Numbered from the stretch's first letter, positions 10,572 to 21,736 are shown. The stretch is 64,000 nt of DNA from Aureliella sp. (GCA_963691875.1 OY829846.1:2880001-2944000); one strand, 5' to 3'. The notes: generated by a model not told the origin, from the letters alone. Made by a program: numbers and translations.

Positions 10572-11018
10572 TTGGTTTTTCTATTCGGTTTTTTGGGCCT
10601 ACTAACGACTTTTATCTTACATATGGCCGCTGGCTCAGTACTGATCCACTTGCTTCGCAAATCCAAAGATAGGATCGCGAGTTTGCCTTTTGCGGCTCAA
10701 AGCGTCGCAGTTTCAATAGCCGCTTGCTTGCTCGTATTCAAACACCTGGTGGACATCGTGCTTTGGGCTCTGATGCTCCAGCGGCTCAATCCAGAGGGAT
10801 TCGAAAGCTACGCCGAAGCCCTGTACTTTTCGGCGGTTACATACACCGCTCTTGGATACGGCGACATTGTTCTTGACACACACTGGAGGCTGCTGTGTGG
10901 TTTCGAGGCCATCAATGGGCTGATGCTCTTTGGTGTCAGCACCGCCCTACTCTTCATTATCTTTCAACGCTTCTGGCTAATTCATGACTCTTATAATCAA
11001 GAGCACCCTAGCCAGTAA
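10572..11018 (+). CDS. Small potassium-channel-like (Ion_trans_2) membrane protein
   Basis: Pore-helix and filter motif ALYFSAVTYTALGYGDIV between transmembrane helices, followed by EAINGL. Confidence 0.82.
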   Translation: MVFLFGFLGLLTTFILHMAAGSVLIHLLRKSKDRIASLPFAAQSVAVSIAACLLVFKHLVDIVLWALMLQRLNPEGFESYAEALYFSAVTYTALGYGDIVLDTHWRLLCGFEAINGLMLFGVSTALLFIIFQRFWLIHDSYNQEHPSQ

Positions 11019-11037
11019 CTGCCCAAGCTAACGGCGA

Positions 11038-11973
11038 CTAGTAGCTGGCCTTTCGGATACCGCCTACAACATACCCAGGGTAGCGTTTCATAGCTTGGAC
11101 CCCAGCTGCTTGACTGTTCGGCGCAGAAACCATCACCACCATAGGGCGTCCATAACGCCCGCGGGCCGGCGTTAGGCCGACTTGCCAAATGTTCGTAACG
11201 CCAGTTGCTGCTCCCAAGAGTTCTAACTTCAAAAGCTCAACTTGCTTCTGTGCCGCACGATCCCGTTGGTAGGCCATCGCTTGAGCACGCATATAAAAGC
11301 TTTCGCGTTCACGTTCCTTTTCACTCTCATCCTGCGCGAGCCAGTTATCCCAACCTGGTTTCAATACGGCCAAGTCCTTTTCGGAAAACATAAAGAACGG
11401 AACACCAACTTCATCACCAGTCTCAAGCATCATCAAAACGCCTTCGACATCGTACGACTTGGCCTGTCCGCGAAGGGGCTTAGCCCATTCTTCAAGGTCT
11501 TCGATCGTTTCAAGGTTTTTTTTCTCGATTCGAGAAATCGTCTTTAACAGAACTTTTTGTTGAATCGGATTTGCATCCTTGAGCACCTTGTCACCGATCA
11601 TGATCTTGCCACGCTTGCGGGCGATAACAAGTTTCTTCTTGCCGTACTGAAGGACTCGGCCACGAACTTTCAATCCATCGGCGCCGGTCCAAACCTGCAT
11701 CTCATCTGCCGACTTCTTGGCCGACTCTTGCGTGCTCTTTGACTTGATGAACTCGTTGTCCTTCTCGCAAAGGGCGGAGAGCTCTACAGCAACGAGTTTA
11801 CCGTCCTCCTTCTTTAGGACGACCGTTTCGTCGCTAAAGGCGACGACTTCAGCTTTGAGCTTGTAGATCCCGTTGGCAGATACCCACTCTCGCTCCTTCG
11901 ACCAAGCTATGGGAGCGCATAGATTGCACAGGACTAATCCGCAAAGAACCTTGAACGCAATTGGCCGTAACAT
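11038..11973 (-). CDS. Secreted SHD1 (SLA1 homology) domain protein
   Basis: Signal peptide, then REWVSANG...KAEVV...VVLKKEDG...LSALCEKD (SHD1 pattern), and a second degenerate copy (VWTGADG...VPFFMFSEKD). Confidence 0.75.
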   Translation of the reverse strand: MLRPIAFKVLCGLVLCNLCAPIAWSKEREWVSANGIYKLKAEVVAFSDETVVLKKEDGKLVAVELSALCEKDNEFIKSKSTQESAKKSADEMQVWTGADGLKVRGRVLQYGKKKLVIARKRGKIMIGDKVLKDANPIQQKVLLKTISRIEKKNLETIEDLEEWAKPLRGQAKSYDVEGVLMMLETGDEVGVPFFMFSEKDLAVLKPGWDNWLAQDESEKERERESFYMRAQAMAYQRDRAAQKQVELLKLELLGAATGVTNIWQVGLTPARGRYGRPMVVMVSAPNSQAAGVQAMKRYPGYVVGGIRKASY

Positions 11974-12020
11974 CTCGAAGTTACTCCTGCAGGTTTGGTA
12001 TTAACAATTCTAGGTCGAAC

Positions 12021-13454
12021 CTAGAAGGCAATCTTGTACTTGTCCGTCATCTTGCGTCGCGTCTCAGCGGTCAGCTTATCGATTTCCGCCAGAGCCTCTT
12101 TGAAACTCCCGAACGCGCCGGCTCGCTGCTGCGCTCCAATGGACGCTTGAGACCGCGCTCGGCTATAGGCGTTGCCTCCGTAGTAGCCGCCTCCGTACCC
12201 GCCGTAGTAATATTCGCCACCATAACCTGCGTTGGAAGCCTGAAGTTGCCCAGCAGCTACATTGCCCTTTTGAATTGCGACCGCGTTACCCCGCAGCATC
12301 TGTGCAACGGCTGCACCGTAGTCGGAAAGTTCAGGATCGACGTTCAGGGTGCTTAGCTCTTCAATTCGGCGAGCTTGCTGGTCGTTCCACTTCGCGCGAT
12401 AGCCGGTTGTCTGCGCTTTGTACTTGCGTACTCGCTCTATGTAGGCAGTGACTTTGTCAAAGTACTGCTTGGACTTGTAAGCAACTAAATTCTCTTGACG
12501 GATCTCGGCCTTGGAACTCGAATCCGCGATCTGCGATGCGTGATCTTGCAAACTTAGAATTCCGAGGACGGAGTCCAATGTTTGTTCGCTGATTGGCCCC
12601 TGATACTGGATCGAGTTCCCTTTGACGCTGGTCTTCCAACTTGCAATCTCGGGGGCACTCGTACCATTCTTGTTTAGGATCTCGGTCAGCAACGCGTTTG
12701 CGATGGGCAGAATCGCTTCGGGCGACATCGAGTGTTCGATCTCAAGAATGCACTCCGATAAGCTCCTTCGTCCAACGATGATGGAAATCCCTTGGACACT
12801 CGCCATGATTTCGGCCATCTTCTTCTTGTCCTGGCCCTTCATCGTTTCAAGTCCTGCAATTCTCTGCTCGAGGCCGACTGGTGAGAAACGATTGGCAACA
12901 TCGACCGCCATCATGAAGGACAGGTATCCCTCCGGGCGAACCGCCTGTTTGGCTAGATAATCTGAAACACGAGCGCCACCGGATGATTCATCCGCCCAAG
13001 TCGCAAGCATGGACCTGTCCGCTGGTCGCATAAATCCAAGCCGGCCCTCTTCAAGCGGAACGAGGTAGCTTTCCATAGGTGTTTTGACGACTTCTTTACC
13101 AGCCACCGAGTCGACGTACCCCTTCAGTCCCGCGGCAAGCGCGGCTGTATCGACGGCTGTGGCCATTTTCGCATAGCCAACTTCCCACTTGGGCGTCACG
13201 GAATCCAAATCTAGGTCTGCAATCGCCCAAACTTCTTCAACACTCGAACGCAGGCCGCCCGTCATACCCGCATCCTTCATTAGCTTGGACAGTGCTGGCG
13301 GGTTGACGTACAAAACCGTGTTCGCCCGAGATGGGGCTTTCTTCAGGATTCCCGGCAGCTTTGGTTCCTGCGCGGTCAGCGTGCTTAGCAATAGAAAACA
13401 AATGGAGAACGGAAGCATGAGAAGCATAGAGAGCTTAACGGTGCGCGTTGACAT
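12021..13454 (-). CDS. Secreted hypothetical protein with a Gly/Tyr-rich segment near the C-terminus
   Basis: 477-aa ORF with a signal peptide and the low-complexity stretch GYGGEYYYGGYGGGYYGG. Co-oriented with the SHD1 gene 47 nt downstream. Confidence 0.75.
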   Translation of the reverse strand: MSTRTVKLSMLLMLPFSICFLLLSTLTAQEPKLPGILKKAPSRANTVLYVNPPALSKLMKDAGMTGGLRSSVEEVWAIADLDLDSVTPKWEVGYAKMATAVDTAALAAGLKGYVDSVAGKEVVKTPMESYLVPLEEGRLGFMRPADRSMLATWADESSGGARVSDYLAKQAVRPEGYLSFMMAVDVANRFSPVGLEQRIAGLETMKGQDKKKMAEIMASVQGISIIVGRRSLSECILEIEHSMSPEAILPIANALLTEILNKNGTSAPEIASWKTSVKGNSIQYQGPISEQTLDSVLGILSLQDHASQIADSSSKAEIRQENLVAYKSKQYFDKVTAYIERVRKYKAQTTGYRAKWNDQQARRIEELSTLNVDPELSDYGAAVAQMLRGNAVAIQKGNVAAGQLQASNAGYGGEYYYGGYGGGYYGGNAYSRARSQASIGAQQRAGAFGSFKEALAEIDKLTAETRRKMTDKYKIAF

Positions 13455-14439
13455 GAAAGCGGCCTCATTGATAGGCAGTAGCGGGTCTTAACAAGCTGTT
13501 ACTGTAGCCGAGCGACAGTTGATTTCCACCCATAAACGCTTATTCGATCCCCAAGATTTCCTCCAAGAACGTTGCCAATTGCCGCCTCGGGGTGTGCTTG
13601 GTAACGACATATGACCCTTGAGGCCTAAAAACCCGAAAGTTTATGTTAGATTTGAGCTTGTTGAGCTTCGAGGTGAGCCCGATAGCTTGGTCTCGGCCGA
13701 GGTGATAGTCGGAAAGTGGCGGCTTTGGCTCGAATCGACGGCGCTAGTGTTGCCCGGTCAGCGGTGAACCCATCAGCCCCGGCCCGTTTGTTCGAAGCAG
13801 CAGCGTGAGCAGGGCGCGGTCTGCGCAGCGACATTAACCGGGAAGACCACAAGCTTTTCAACGCCGATGACCTCGTATCGCCAAAGTACCCCAACGGTAG
13901 TTCACCACGGTAAGGATTCAGTCGGATGCGTTAGTCGGTCTGCAGCAAGATCTGGCACGCCAGCATGACTGGTTAAGAGTCGTTACGAAAACCGTTGCCT
14001 CCACAATGCGTTTCTCTTTACTGAGTGCCACCGGTGGCAGAAGCGATTCATAGCACGCTGTTATGTGAGGTGAACGCGCTTTTTACTTTACAAAACGACG
14101 GACGGTCATTCCCGAGTGAGGAATCGTTCTCATATCTCGAGCTCCAGCCCTCTAAATTGTTCCTCGGGCCAGGTGCGTGTTGCTAACGCAGTAAAACATC
14201 TCGGGGACATTGAAACGCTCTCTCCGCAACAGTGGCCGACGCTTCGGAAAGCGCAGTGAGAACTCACATTTCTGCCAGCACGCTGGAAACATCGGCCTCG
14301 GAGTCGCGTGCCGAGCACCGGCAGACCCAATTCTAGGAAAACGAGCGGCCTAAATTTCCCACTGTCGTGTCGGGTAGCAGAGAGCAATGGCGGTTGACAG
14401 GTCAGAGGAGTAAGCGCGCCCCTTCAACCGTGAGACAAT

Positions 14440-14994
14440 ATGGACGAAGCGCGCACTATTAACGACATACAATTTAAATCTCTATCATCCAACGACGACG
14501 ACGCACGATCCAAGCGAAAGCCCATTTTTCATTTCTGGCGATGCTTCTGGCTGACATTTCTAGTGATTTCACTCGCCTACTCCTAGTACAGTTTCTACGT
14601 TCCCACCAATGGGATTACCTGGGCAAAAGACTTTGCTGCGGCGCAACGGCGATCAGCTGAGGCCAGCAAACCAATGATTCTTTTCTTCACCGGCACGTGG
14701 TGTGTCCCCTGCCGAATAATGAAGCGTCAGGTGTGGGCTGATGAGCAGGTGATGGCATTGGTCAATCGGCAATTCGTCCCCGTTGCAATTGACGTGAACG
14801 ACCCAAAGAACGCTGAGATGGTGGCGCATTACAAGATCGAGGGCTCTCCAGTCACCATAATCACCGATTCGCAGGGGAATGTATTTGACTGGCGAGCGGG
14901 CGGAATTAGCAGATCTGAATTCCTCGAATTGCTTGATTTGTCGAATCCCGCCGGTGACAAGAATTCGTCAAGCGAACGCAAACAGAACGGCTAA
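14440..14994 (+). pseudogene. Membrane-anchored thioredoxin-family protein interrupted by an in-frame TAG
   Basis: ATG at 14440 is in frame with ORF 14674..14994 (WCVPC motif). The frame reads ...FWLTFLVISLAYS*YSFYVPTNGITWAKDFAAAQ...SKPMILFFTGTWCVPC, with TAG at 14584-14586. Confidence 0.7.
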
Positions 14995-15074
14995 ACACTA
15001 AGCCTTTAATATCAAACTTATGCATCGAACGAACAGCTTTGGCAGTGCATTTTCTCGACGCCAGTTACTAGCGC

Positions 15075-15497
15075 ATGGGGCGGCCCAAGCTCCGGCTGAC
15101 TCAAAAGGACGCACAATCGCTAAAAAGTTATGAATGGCCGATAAACATTCGCGAACTCCAGAACCTATTTCAGCGGGCAACCATCACGACCAAGGAGAAG
15201 CAGCTTCAGCTGCCGAGCAACGGGCAGGTGTCTACAGATTTAGCGAGAGAAGAAATGCGAGATTCGTCTGGCGAGTTACTTACCGAATCCCAGTTGCGGC
15301 AACTCGAATGCCCAAACGTGCTAAACGCGCTGATGATCACAAACGGTAAAGTGTCTCGTTCTGGTGGCGTTGCCGAGTTGTTTGATATCAAGGCGAGTAC
15401 ACTTACGTCTCGAATGTGGAAGATGAACATTTGCTTTTTGCGTGAGTATCAGGTCCCCATTGAGATTGCGGGAGAAAATTTGAATACTAGGTTTTAG
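15075..15497 (+). pseudogene. C-terminal fragment of a sigma-54 enhancer-binding protein (FhlA/NtrC-like)
   Basis: LKSYEWPINIRELQN matches the WPGNxRELxN motif, and there is a Fis-type HTH (GGVAELFDIKASTLTSRM). The AAA+ core (Walker A, GAFTGA) is absent. Confidence 0.75.
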
Positions 15498-15649
15498 AAC
15501 TGGCATATTCCAAGTTTTACGCGACCAGTTGCGTCTGGTCGACTCAAGAAACTTTAGGCCGAAGAGTATGTAGAAGCGCCAGTGAAATATGACCGCGTTG
15601 GCTTGATTAAGATATTCTGATTGAATTTGTTCAACGGAGGCTGAATGAC

Positions 15650-18466
15650 TTGAATACCCCAAAACACCTCGCGCTGCCTGCCTTCGCTGTCCTACTCTGT
15701 GGCCTAACGATCGGACAAGAGGTTCCAACGGATCCTCAGCAGTTGAAAGCAGCCTCCACAATGTACCAGCGGGAAATCCAACCACTGTTGGAAAAGCACT
15801 GCATTGATTGCCACGGCCCGGAATTGCAGAAGGCCATGCTTCGCCTCGATTTGCTTGATCCGACCTTCGCCGGACCAGCGGCCGAGACTTGGCAGGATGT
15901 TCTAAACAAATTGAGTATCGGAGAAATGCCTCCGGAAGATCGGCCGATCGACACTGACTCGCGTCGCAAACTAGTAAGCTGGCTTCGTGCTGGTCTTGAT
16001 CGGGTAGCACGGGAACGAAAGGGAAGCCGAAACCAGACTGTGTTGCGACGCTTGACGCGATACGAATACAACAACACGCTGCGCGACTTGTTGGGTATCG
16101 ATCTGGATTTTGCTAGGGACCTTCCACCTGAGCCATTGTCTGCGGATGGTTTCAAGAACAATGGTGCAGCCCTCGGCATTTCGCCTTTGCAGATGGAGTA
16201 CTACTTGAAAGCAGCTCGGTTGGCGATGGACAAGGCAATCGTTGAAGGACCGGCGCCGCAGGTGCACAAGCATCGTTTCGAGAAGTCCTCGTCAGGCACC
16301 GCTCGAAGAAACGAATTCGTCACTGGCAATCGGCTGCCTCCCCAAGGAAGATTCATTGGAAAGATGCTTGAGTATCCGCGAGAGGGCGAGTTCGTGGTGC
16401 GAGTGAAGGCCGGCGCTTCGATCCCCGAAGGAATGGGCGTCCCGACAATGAGCCTTGCTCTCGGGCTACGAGCTGATACACGAAGTCCGTCGAAGACTTT
16501 GGGCGAAGCAGATGTTCGAAATACGGAAGCCGAGAAGCAGCTCTATGAATTCCGTGGTCGGATTGAAGAATTCCCACTACCCGGTCACAACCCAAAGTTT
16601 CCGGGCGTGACCATCACACTCACTAACATCTATGACGATGGTTTGAAAACGCCGAAGCCCGGCAAGTTCAAGGGAATCGCGCTGAGCGCTGAACAGAAGA
16701 AACTGGCAGCCGCTGCCACAAAAAAGAACACGCCAACTCTTCCGATCGGCGAAATCAGACGGGTCAAAGGCAACGCAGCGGTGACTAGCTTTGTGAGGTC
16801 CAGCGGCAAGCTTCAGCGAAAGATTGAAGAGTTGCGTCTCCTCTCGCCCGAGCACAAGAACCAGACGGACTTGGCGTACCGCTTGTACGACGTCCAGCAA
16901 GCCTTTGATCAAGAGTCTGAGCTGATCGAGAAAGTTTCTAAAACTCTGAATGAAGATCCGAGCGCTTTCCTATCGCGATTTCTAAGCTCGAACGAGGCGC
17001 TGCTTGCCGATCGACAGAAGGTAGTCGATCGGTTTAGGGCGATCACACCAATCGATCGCAAAACCAAGCAATTAGTGGGAGCTGAAGCCGGTCCTCCGCG
17101 TGCCACTATCGTGATCGACTACCTCGAGTTTGAAGGGCCACTTTACAAATCTTGGCCACCTGAACATCACACTCGCTTATTGCCGCCGTCCAACGCGTCA
17201 GAGCGAGATCGGGCAGAGCAAGCGATCAGAGCCTTCATGACCCGAGCCTATCGGCGGCCGATCACCGACGGAGACGTTTTTCCAGTGATGTCAGTCTACG
17301 ATGAGATCCGGCCCGAATCACCTTCCTTTGAAGAAGCCATGCGCGAGTCACTGACGATGGTGCTAATCTCGCCGGAGTTCCTCTACTTGATCGAGCCCAC
17401 CGACGACAAGCCTCGGCCCTTGAGCCAGCACGAACTGGCTTCACGTCTGTCATACTTCCTCTGGTCCACCCTGCCCGACGATCGACTCATGGCGTTGGCA
17501 AACTCCGGTCAACTAAGAGCCCCCGCCGTGATGGCCGAGCAGGTTCGCGCGATGATCGCCGATGCTCGTTCGCAGAACTTTGTGGAACACTTTACGAACC
17601 AATGGCTGGACCTTGGTGGGCTAGACCGCGTCGCAATCAATCCGAACTACTATCCCGCTTTCGACGACCGCCTAAAACCGATGATGAAGCGAGAGACCCA
17701 GGCCTTCTTTGGAGAAGTACTCCGCAAGAACCTGAGCGCGCTGAACTTGATCGACTCGGACTTCGCCATGCTCAACGAGCCGCTGGCGAAACACTACGGT
17801 GTCTCCAACGAGGACGGTAGCCCGGTTGGAAGTGCATTTGAGCGTGTGGCCTTAACACCCACAAGCAAGCGTGGTGGTTTGCTTACTCAGGGCAGTTTCC
17901 TGATGATCAACTCGAACGGGGAGGATTCGCACCCAATCCGTCGGGCGGTTTGGGTCCTTGACCGACTGCTCGATGATCCACCGGCGCCTCCGCCGCCTGA
18001 TGTTCCCGAACTCGACGCTGAACAGCCAGACCTTGCCACTTTGCCTCTCAAGAAACAGCTCGAATTGCACCGCACGAAAGAAGCATGCAATGACTGCCAT
18101 CGCGGCATCGATCCCTGGGGTATTGCATTTGAATCGTTCGACGCTGTCGGGCTTCGCCGCGAATCAGTACTCCGCAGGATTGGAAAGAAGTCGGTGATGG
18201 GGCCATTGGACGATAGAGCCATCTTGCCCAACAAGACTGAGATAGATGGGGTGGAGGGCCTCAAGAAGTATTTGCTCCATAACGAAAGAGACCGTTTCTC
18301 AAGGGCTCTAGTATCGAAGCTTCTGGCCTACGGGATGGGCCGCTCGCTGGTGCTTGAAGACCGGTCGACCATTGAGTCGTTAGTCAGAACTTTTAAGAAG
18401 AATAACTTCTGTCTAAGCGATTTGGTTGTCGCAATTACCCAGAGTGAGGCGTTTCAAAACAAGTAA
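15650..18466 (+). CDS. Planctomycete cytochrome-c / DUF1592-type protein (PSCyt1, DUF1587, DUF1595, DUF1592, DUF1588, DUF1585)
   Basis: Signal peptide, CIDCH, LRRLTRYEYNNTLRDLLG, RAYRRP, ELASRLSYFLWS, SHPIRR, PPPPDVP and CNDCH. Confidence 0.9.
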   Translation: MNTPKHLALPAFAVLLCGLTIGQEVPTDPQQLKAASTMYQREIQPLLEKHCIDCHGPELQKAMLRLDLLDPTFAGPAAETWQDVLNKLSIGEMPPEDRPIDTDSRRKLVSWLRAGLDRVARERKGSRNQTVLRRLTRYEYNNTLRDLLGIDLDFARDLPPEPLSADGFKNNGAALGISPLQMEYYLKAARLAMDKAIVEGPAPQVHKHRFEKSSSGTARRNEFVTGNRLPPQGRFIGKMLEYPREGEFVVRVKAGASIPEGMGVPTMSLALGLRADTRSPSKTLGEADVRNTEAEKQLYEFRGRIEEFPLPGHNPKFPGVTITLTNIYDDGLKTPKPGKFKGIALSAEQKKLAAAATKKNTPTLPIGEIRRVKGNAAVTSFVRSSGKLQRKIEELRLLSPEHKNQTDLAYRLYDVQQAFDQESELIEKVSKTLNEDPSAFLSRFLSSNEALLADRQKVVDRFRAITPIDRKTKQLVGAEAGPPRATIVIDYLEFEGPLYKSWPPEHHTRLLPPSNASERDRAEQAIRAFMTRAYRRPITDGDVFPVMSVYDEIRPESPSFEEAMRESLTMVLISPEFLYLIEPTDDKPRPLSQHELASRLSYFLWSTLPDDRLMALANSGQLRAPAVMAEQVRAMIADARSQNFVEHFTNQWLDLGGLDRVAINPNYYPAFDDRLKPMMKRETQAFFGEVLRKNLSALNLIDSDFAMLNEPLAKHYGVSNEDGSPVGSAFERVALTPTSKRGGLLTQGSFLMINSNGEDSHPIRRAVWVLDRLLDDPPAPPPPDVPELDAEQPDLATLPLKKQLELHRTKEACNDCHRGIDPWGIAFESFDAVGLRRESVLRRIGKKSVMGPLDDRAILPNKTEIDGVEGLKKYLLHNERDRFSRALVSKLLAYGMGRSLVLEDRSTIESLVRTFKKNNFCLSDLVVAITQSEAFQNK

Positions 18467-18550
18467 ACTGGACGAGAGAAAGTTTCGAAAGTTTGCTGGC
18501 GAATCGGGTTACCCGAATCTTGAAACCACATAGCACCTGAAAGTTTTTAC

Positions 18551-19888
18551 ATGACACAGAAATCGTGGCATCTTGATCGGCGAATGTTTCTGCGTGGCAC
18601 GGGAGTCGCTATGGCTCTGCCTTGGCTGGAAGGCATGGCAGCGGGTGCCGCGTTGAAGACTGAGCTACCCAAGCGGCTTTGTGCAGTGTACTGGCCCTTC
18701 GGCGTCGTGGCTGCTCCTGGAGAAAGCGAACGCAACTGGGGGTGGTTTCCCACTGGGACGGGCAAAGACTTCCAGTTCACGGATGTGCTCAGTTCATTGG
18801 AGCCGCTGCGCGAGGACGTCACCGTGATTGGTGGTATTTCGCATCCAAGTGGCTGGTCGATGGGCGGCCACGATACGGGGGACATCTTCCTCACGGGCGC
18901 GAAGCTGGACTCAGGTTCCTTTGTAAATACGATCTCGCTGGACCAGTTTGCGGCAGAGCAAATTGGTAGAGACACGCGATTTGGTTCGCTAACACTTTCC
19001 AGTGATGGAGGTGTGGGAGAGCCGACGCGATCGATGACGCTCGCTTTTTCTCGTGAGGGTCGACCGATACCGGCGCTTTCCAGCCCGAGGCAGATCTTCA
19101 ATCGATTGTTTGGTAAGGAACAGGGGGCAAGCGCTCAGAAACAGAAGCGACGGTTGGAGAACGCCACGAGCATTCTGGATAGAGTCTTGGAGCATTCCAA
19201 GTCTTTGAACCAACGTTTGGGTAAGCAGGACCAACAGAAGCTCGACGAGTATCTGGCTTCCGTGCGTGCTGTGGAGCAACGAATTGATCGGGCTGAGGCT
19301 TGGCTGGGCATTCCGAAGCCCCAAGTGGATGAAACTTTTCTCAACATGGATGCCACGCAGGAAGGACCGAAAGAATACATCAAGGCGATGTACGACCTGA
19401 TGTCACTGGCTTTCCGTACCGACTCTACTCGTATTGCAACTTACATGCTGGGGCAGGTCGCCGGTGCCACTACGATTGCCAACGCGTTTCCGGCCTGCCT
19501 AGGGCTGGAGGGCAACTGGCATGGTCTAGCACACGGTGCCGGTAAGAAGGGCGGAGCCGAAAAACTGGGCCGGTTCGATCAATTCCTGGCGCGCAACCAC
19601 GCTCGGTTTCTCCAAAGTTTGGCCGAAGCACAGGAAGGAGAAGGATCGGTTCTCGACCGGACGCTTGTTCTTTACGGATCAAGCAACAGCCGCACGCACA
19701 ACAACCACAACTATCCGCTTTTGCTTGCCGGCGGTAGCGGGTTGGGTGTTAAACACGGGCAATATCTTCGCTACAACGAAAAGGACATGAGGCTCTCGAA
19801 TCTTTTCCTCACGATGTTGGACCGGTTGGGAGTGTCGACGGATCGCTTTGCCGACAGTACAGGCGAGTTCTCTGATATTCTTGCTTGA
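18551..19888 (+). CDS. DUF1552-domain protein, Tat-exported
   Basis: RRMFLRGTG..MALPWLE, ISLDQ, SILDRV, KLDEYLASVRAVE, HNNHNYPLLLAGG and FADSTG. This family is the usual partner of DUF1592 genes. Confidence 0.9.
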   Translation: MTQKSWHLDRRMFLRGTGVAMALPWLEGMAAGAALKTELPKRLCAVYWPFGVVAAPGESERNWGWFPTGTGKDFQFTDVLSSLEPLREDVTVIGGISHPSGWSMGGHDTGDIFLTGAKLDSGSFVNTISLDQFAAEQIGRDTRFGSLTLSSDGGVGEPTRSMTLAFSREGRPIPALSSPRQIFNRLFGKEQGASAQKQKRRLENATSILDRVLEHSKSLNQRLGKQDQQKLDEYLASVRAVEQRIDRAEAWLGIPKPQVDETFLNMDATQEGPKEYIKAMYDLMSLAFRTDSTRIATYMLGQVAGATTIANAFPACLGLEGNWHGLAHGAGKKGGAEKLGRFDQFLARNHARFLQSLAEAQEGEGSVLDRTLVLYGSSNSRTHNNHNYPLLLAGGSGLGVKHGQYLRYNEKDMRLSNLFLTMLDRLGVSTDRFADSTGEFSDILA

Positions 19889-19912
19889 TTCACCCCTTCG
19901 GAGCTTCAAAAG

Positions 19913-21436
19913 ATGAGAGATAGTTTTTGCGCTTTGGCCGTACTTTGGTCAGCGATCTGTGCAACACAGCCAGCCTTCTCATATGGTTGGCCGCAGGGCT
20001 CGGGACCTATGGGAACTTATGTTGCCAAAGGCGATGCGCCGGCTAAGTGGAGTGTCGTACATGGGAAGAACATTGCATGGGCAAGAGCTCTGCCTGAAAC
20101 CGGCCAGAGCACGGTCGTGATATTCGATGGCAGACTTTTCTACACCTGTTACCAGCCCTTAATGGCGGACAGCCAGCTAGGTTCGAACATCATCGCTGTT
20201 TGTGCAGATGCCATGAGCGGCAAAGTTCTCTGGCAGAAAACGATCAAAGCCAAGTACCCATTGCGGCTTAGCGGTTGCTTCGCTGATAGCACCTCGCCGC
20301 CAGCTGTGACCGACGGAAAGCGTGTTTGTTTCTTCAATGCCTCGGGAACTGTTGTCTGCTTCGACATGAAGGGCAAGGAACTCTGGCGTCGCGAGACGAT
20401 GGCAGTTGGTCGTTCGCAGCCCTTTCTCGCCAATGGCAAAGTGGTCTACACCAAGCAATCGATTATGCCGGATCAAGGCAAATTTGGTCATGAGCACAAG
20501 AATGCACCGAAAGAATTATGGACGCAGCTGGAGGCCTTTGACTTGACCACCGGAGAGCCTGCGTGGACTTCAGAGTGCGGCGTGAATATGGGAGCAGTCC
20601 CCGTCGCGAGCAAGATGAACGATGGCCGCGAAGTCATCGTACTTGGGCGAGGTGGAGGACACTCTCCACCCGAACGCCCACTAGGCGTCTCAGCCGTCGA
20701 CGGCACGAGCGGAAAGACTTTGTGGACTTTGCCACTGGATGGCTTCATGTCGACTCAGACATTCCCAGTTGCTGATGATCACGCCCTGATCTTTCATGGT
20801 CCCGAACACCTATGGGTCGATCAGGCGGGAAAGATCGCGAAACGAGTGAACTTCTGTACCGATGTGCCGGTTCGTCGCCGGGATGGTTCGACTTGGTGCG
20901 ACACGGTCGAAACCTTGGAGTACAAACCGGGCAAAGGAAGGTCAATTACCCAGCAGTCAAATCTTTTAGTCGGAGACTACCATTACTTCCGCGCCTACAT
21001 GGATCCTTACATTGGGCGTGTGCATGTCGGAACCGGCAAGGTGGAGTATTTGCAACTGCCGGTCCAGCTCATCCGCGAGAAAGGGCAGGACGATCGGCTG
21101 GTATGGGCACTTAAGGATCCTGACTTCGTGCCTGCAGACGTGAAGAATAACGATGGCTTCGTGGTCATGGGCGACAAGCGTTCCCGCACAAATACCTGGG
21201 GGCATCACGCTTCTCCGATCATGACCGTTGTCGGTGATCACCTCTACCTGCCGACCATGGCCGGCACGGTTTACTGCATCCAGTGGAATGCGGAGAAGCT
21301 GGATGAGAAGGCAATTCTTGGGATCAATGACTTGGGGCCGGCAGGCTCCACATGGACTCGAGCCAGTCTGAGCTATGACAACGGCCGGCTTTACGCCCGC
21401 ACCATCAAGCAATTGCTTTGTATCGAATCGCACTGA
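19913..21436 (+). CDS. PQQ-binding-like beta-propeller protein
   Basis: Signal peptide, WPQGSGP, KNIAW...LPETGQST and repeated D..TG...W blades. Confidence 0.82.
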   Translation: MRDSFCALAVLWSAICATQPAFSYGWPQGSGPMGTYVAKGDAPAKWSVVHGKNIAWARALPETGQSTVVIFDGRLFYTCYQPLMADSQLGSNIIAVCADAMSGKVLWQKTIKAKYPLRLSGCFADSTSPPAVTDGKRVCFFNASGTVVCFDMKGKELWRRETMAVGRSQPFLANGKVVYTKQSIMPDQGKFGHEHKNAPKELWTQLEAFDLTTGEPAWTSECGVNMGAVPVASKMNDGREVIVLGRGGGHSPPERPLGVSAVDGTSGKTLWTLPLDGFMSTQTFPVADDHALIFHGPEHLWVDQAGKIAKRVNFCTDVPVRRRDGSTWCDTVETLEYKPGKGRSITQQSNLLVGDYHYFRAYMDPYIGRVHVGTGKVEYLQLPVQLIREKGQDDRLVWALKDPDFVPADVKNNDGFVVMGDKRSRTNTWGHHASPIMTVVGDHLYLPTMAGTVYCIQWNAEKLDEKAILGINDLGPAGSTWTRASLSYDNGRLYARTIKQLLCIESH

Positions 21437-21736
21437 GGCGGCGTTTGTTTGGTCAGCGTTGCTGGAAACATCGTTGCGAGTAAGAAATTAGGGACCGACC
21501 CTAGTCATTTAACGAGTTAGCTGCTGCCACGCGTTGGATAGCACTCTTGCTTTTAGCAGAGGGAGTTCGTGATCTTAGTTTTCAAAGCTCACGATTCGAC
21601 AGATGTCGCCTTCGTACGGCATATGTTACTTCCGAACCGATGCGACTATGCTGTTTGTCATGTGAAGCCCAAGCGGCTCATCGACCGGGGCTCGAATGGC
21701 CCATGTGTTCCGCTTTCCTAGCTTGGTGAATGACAA

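Noticed and set aside
14584..14586. In-frame TAG as pyrrolysine or programmed readthrough
   Set aside because: It lies in a membrane-anchor segment where Trp (TGG) fits, not at a catalytic site, and no pyl genes are visible. A point mutation or sequencing error is simpler.
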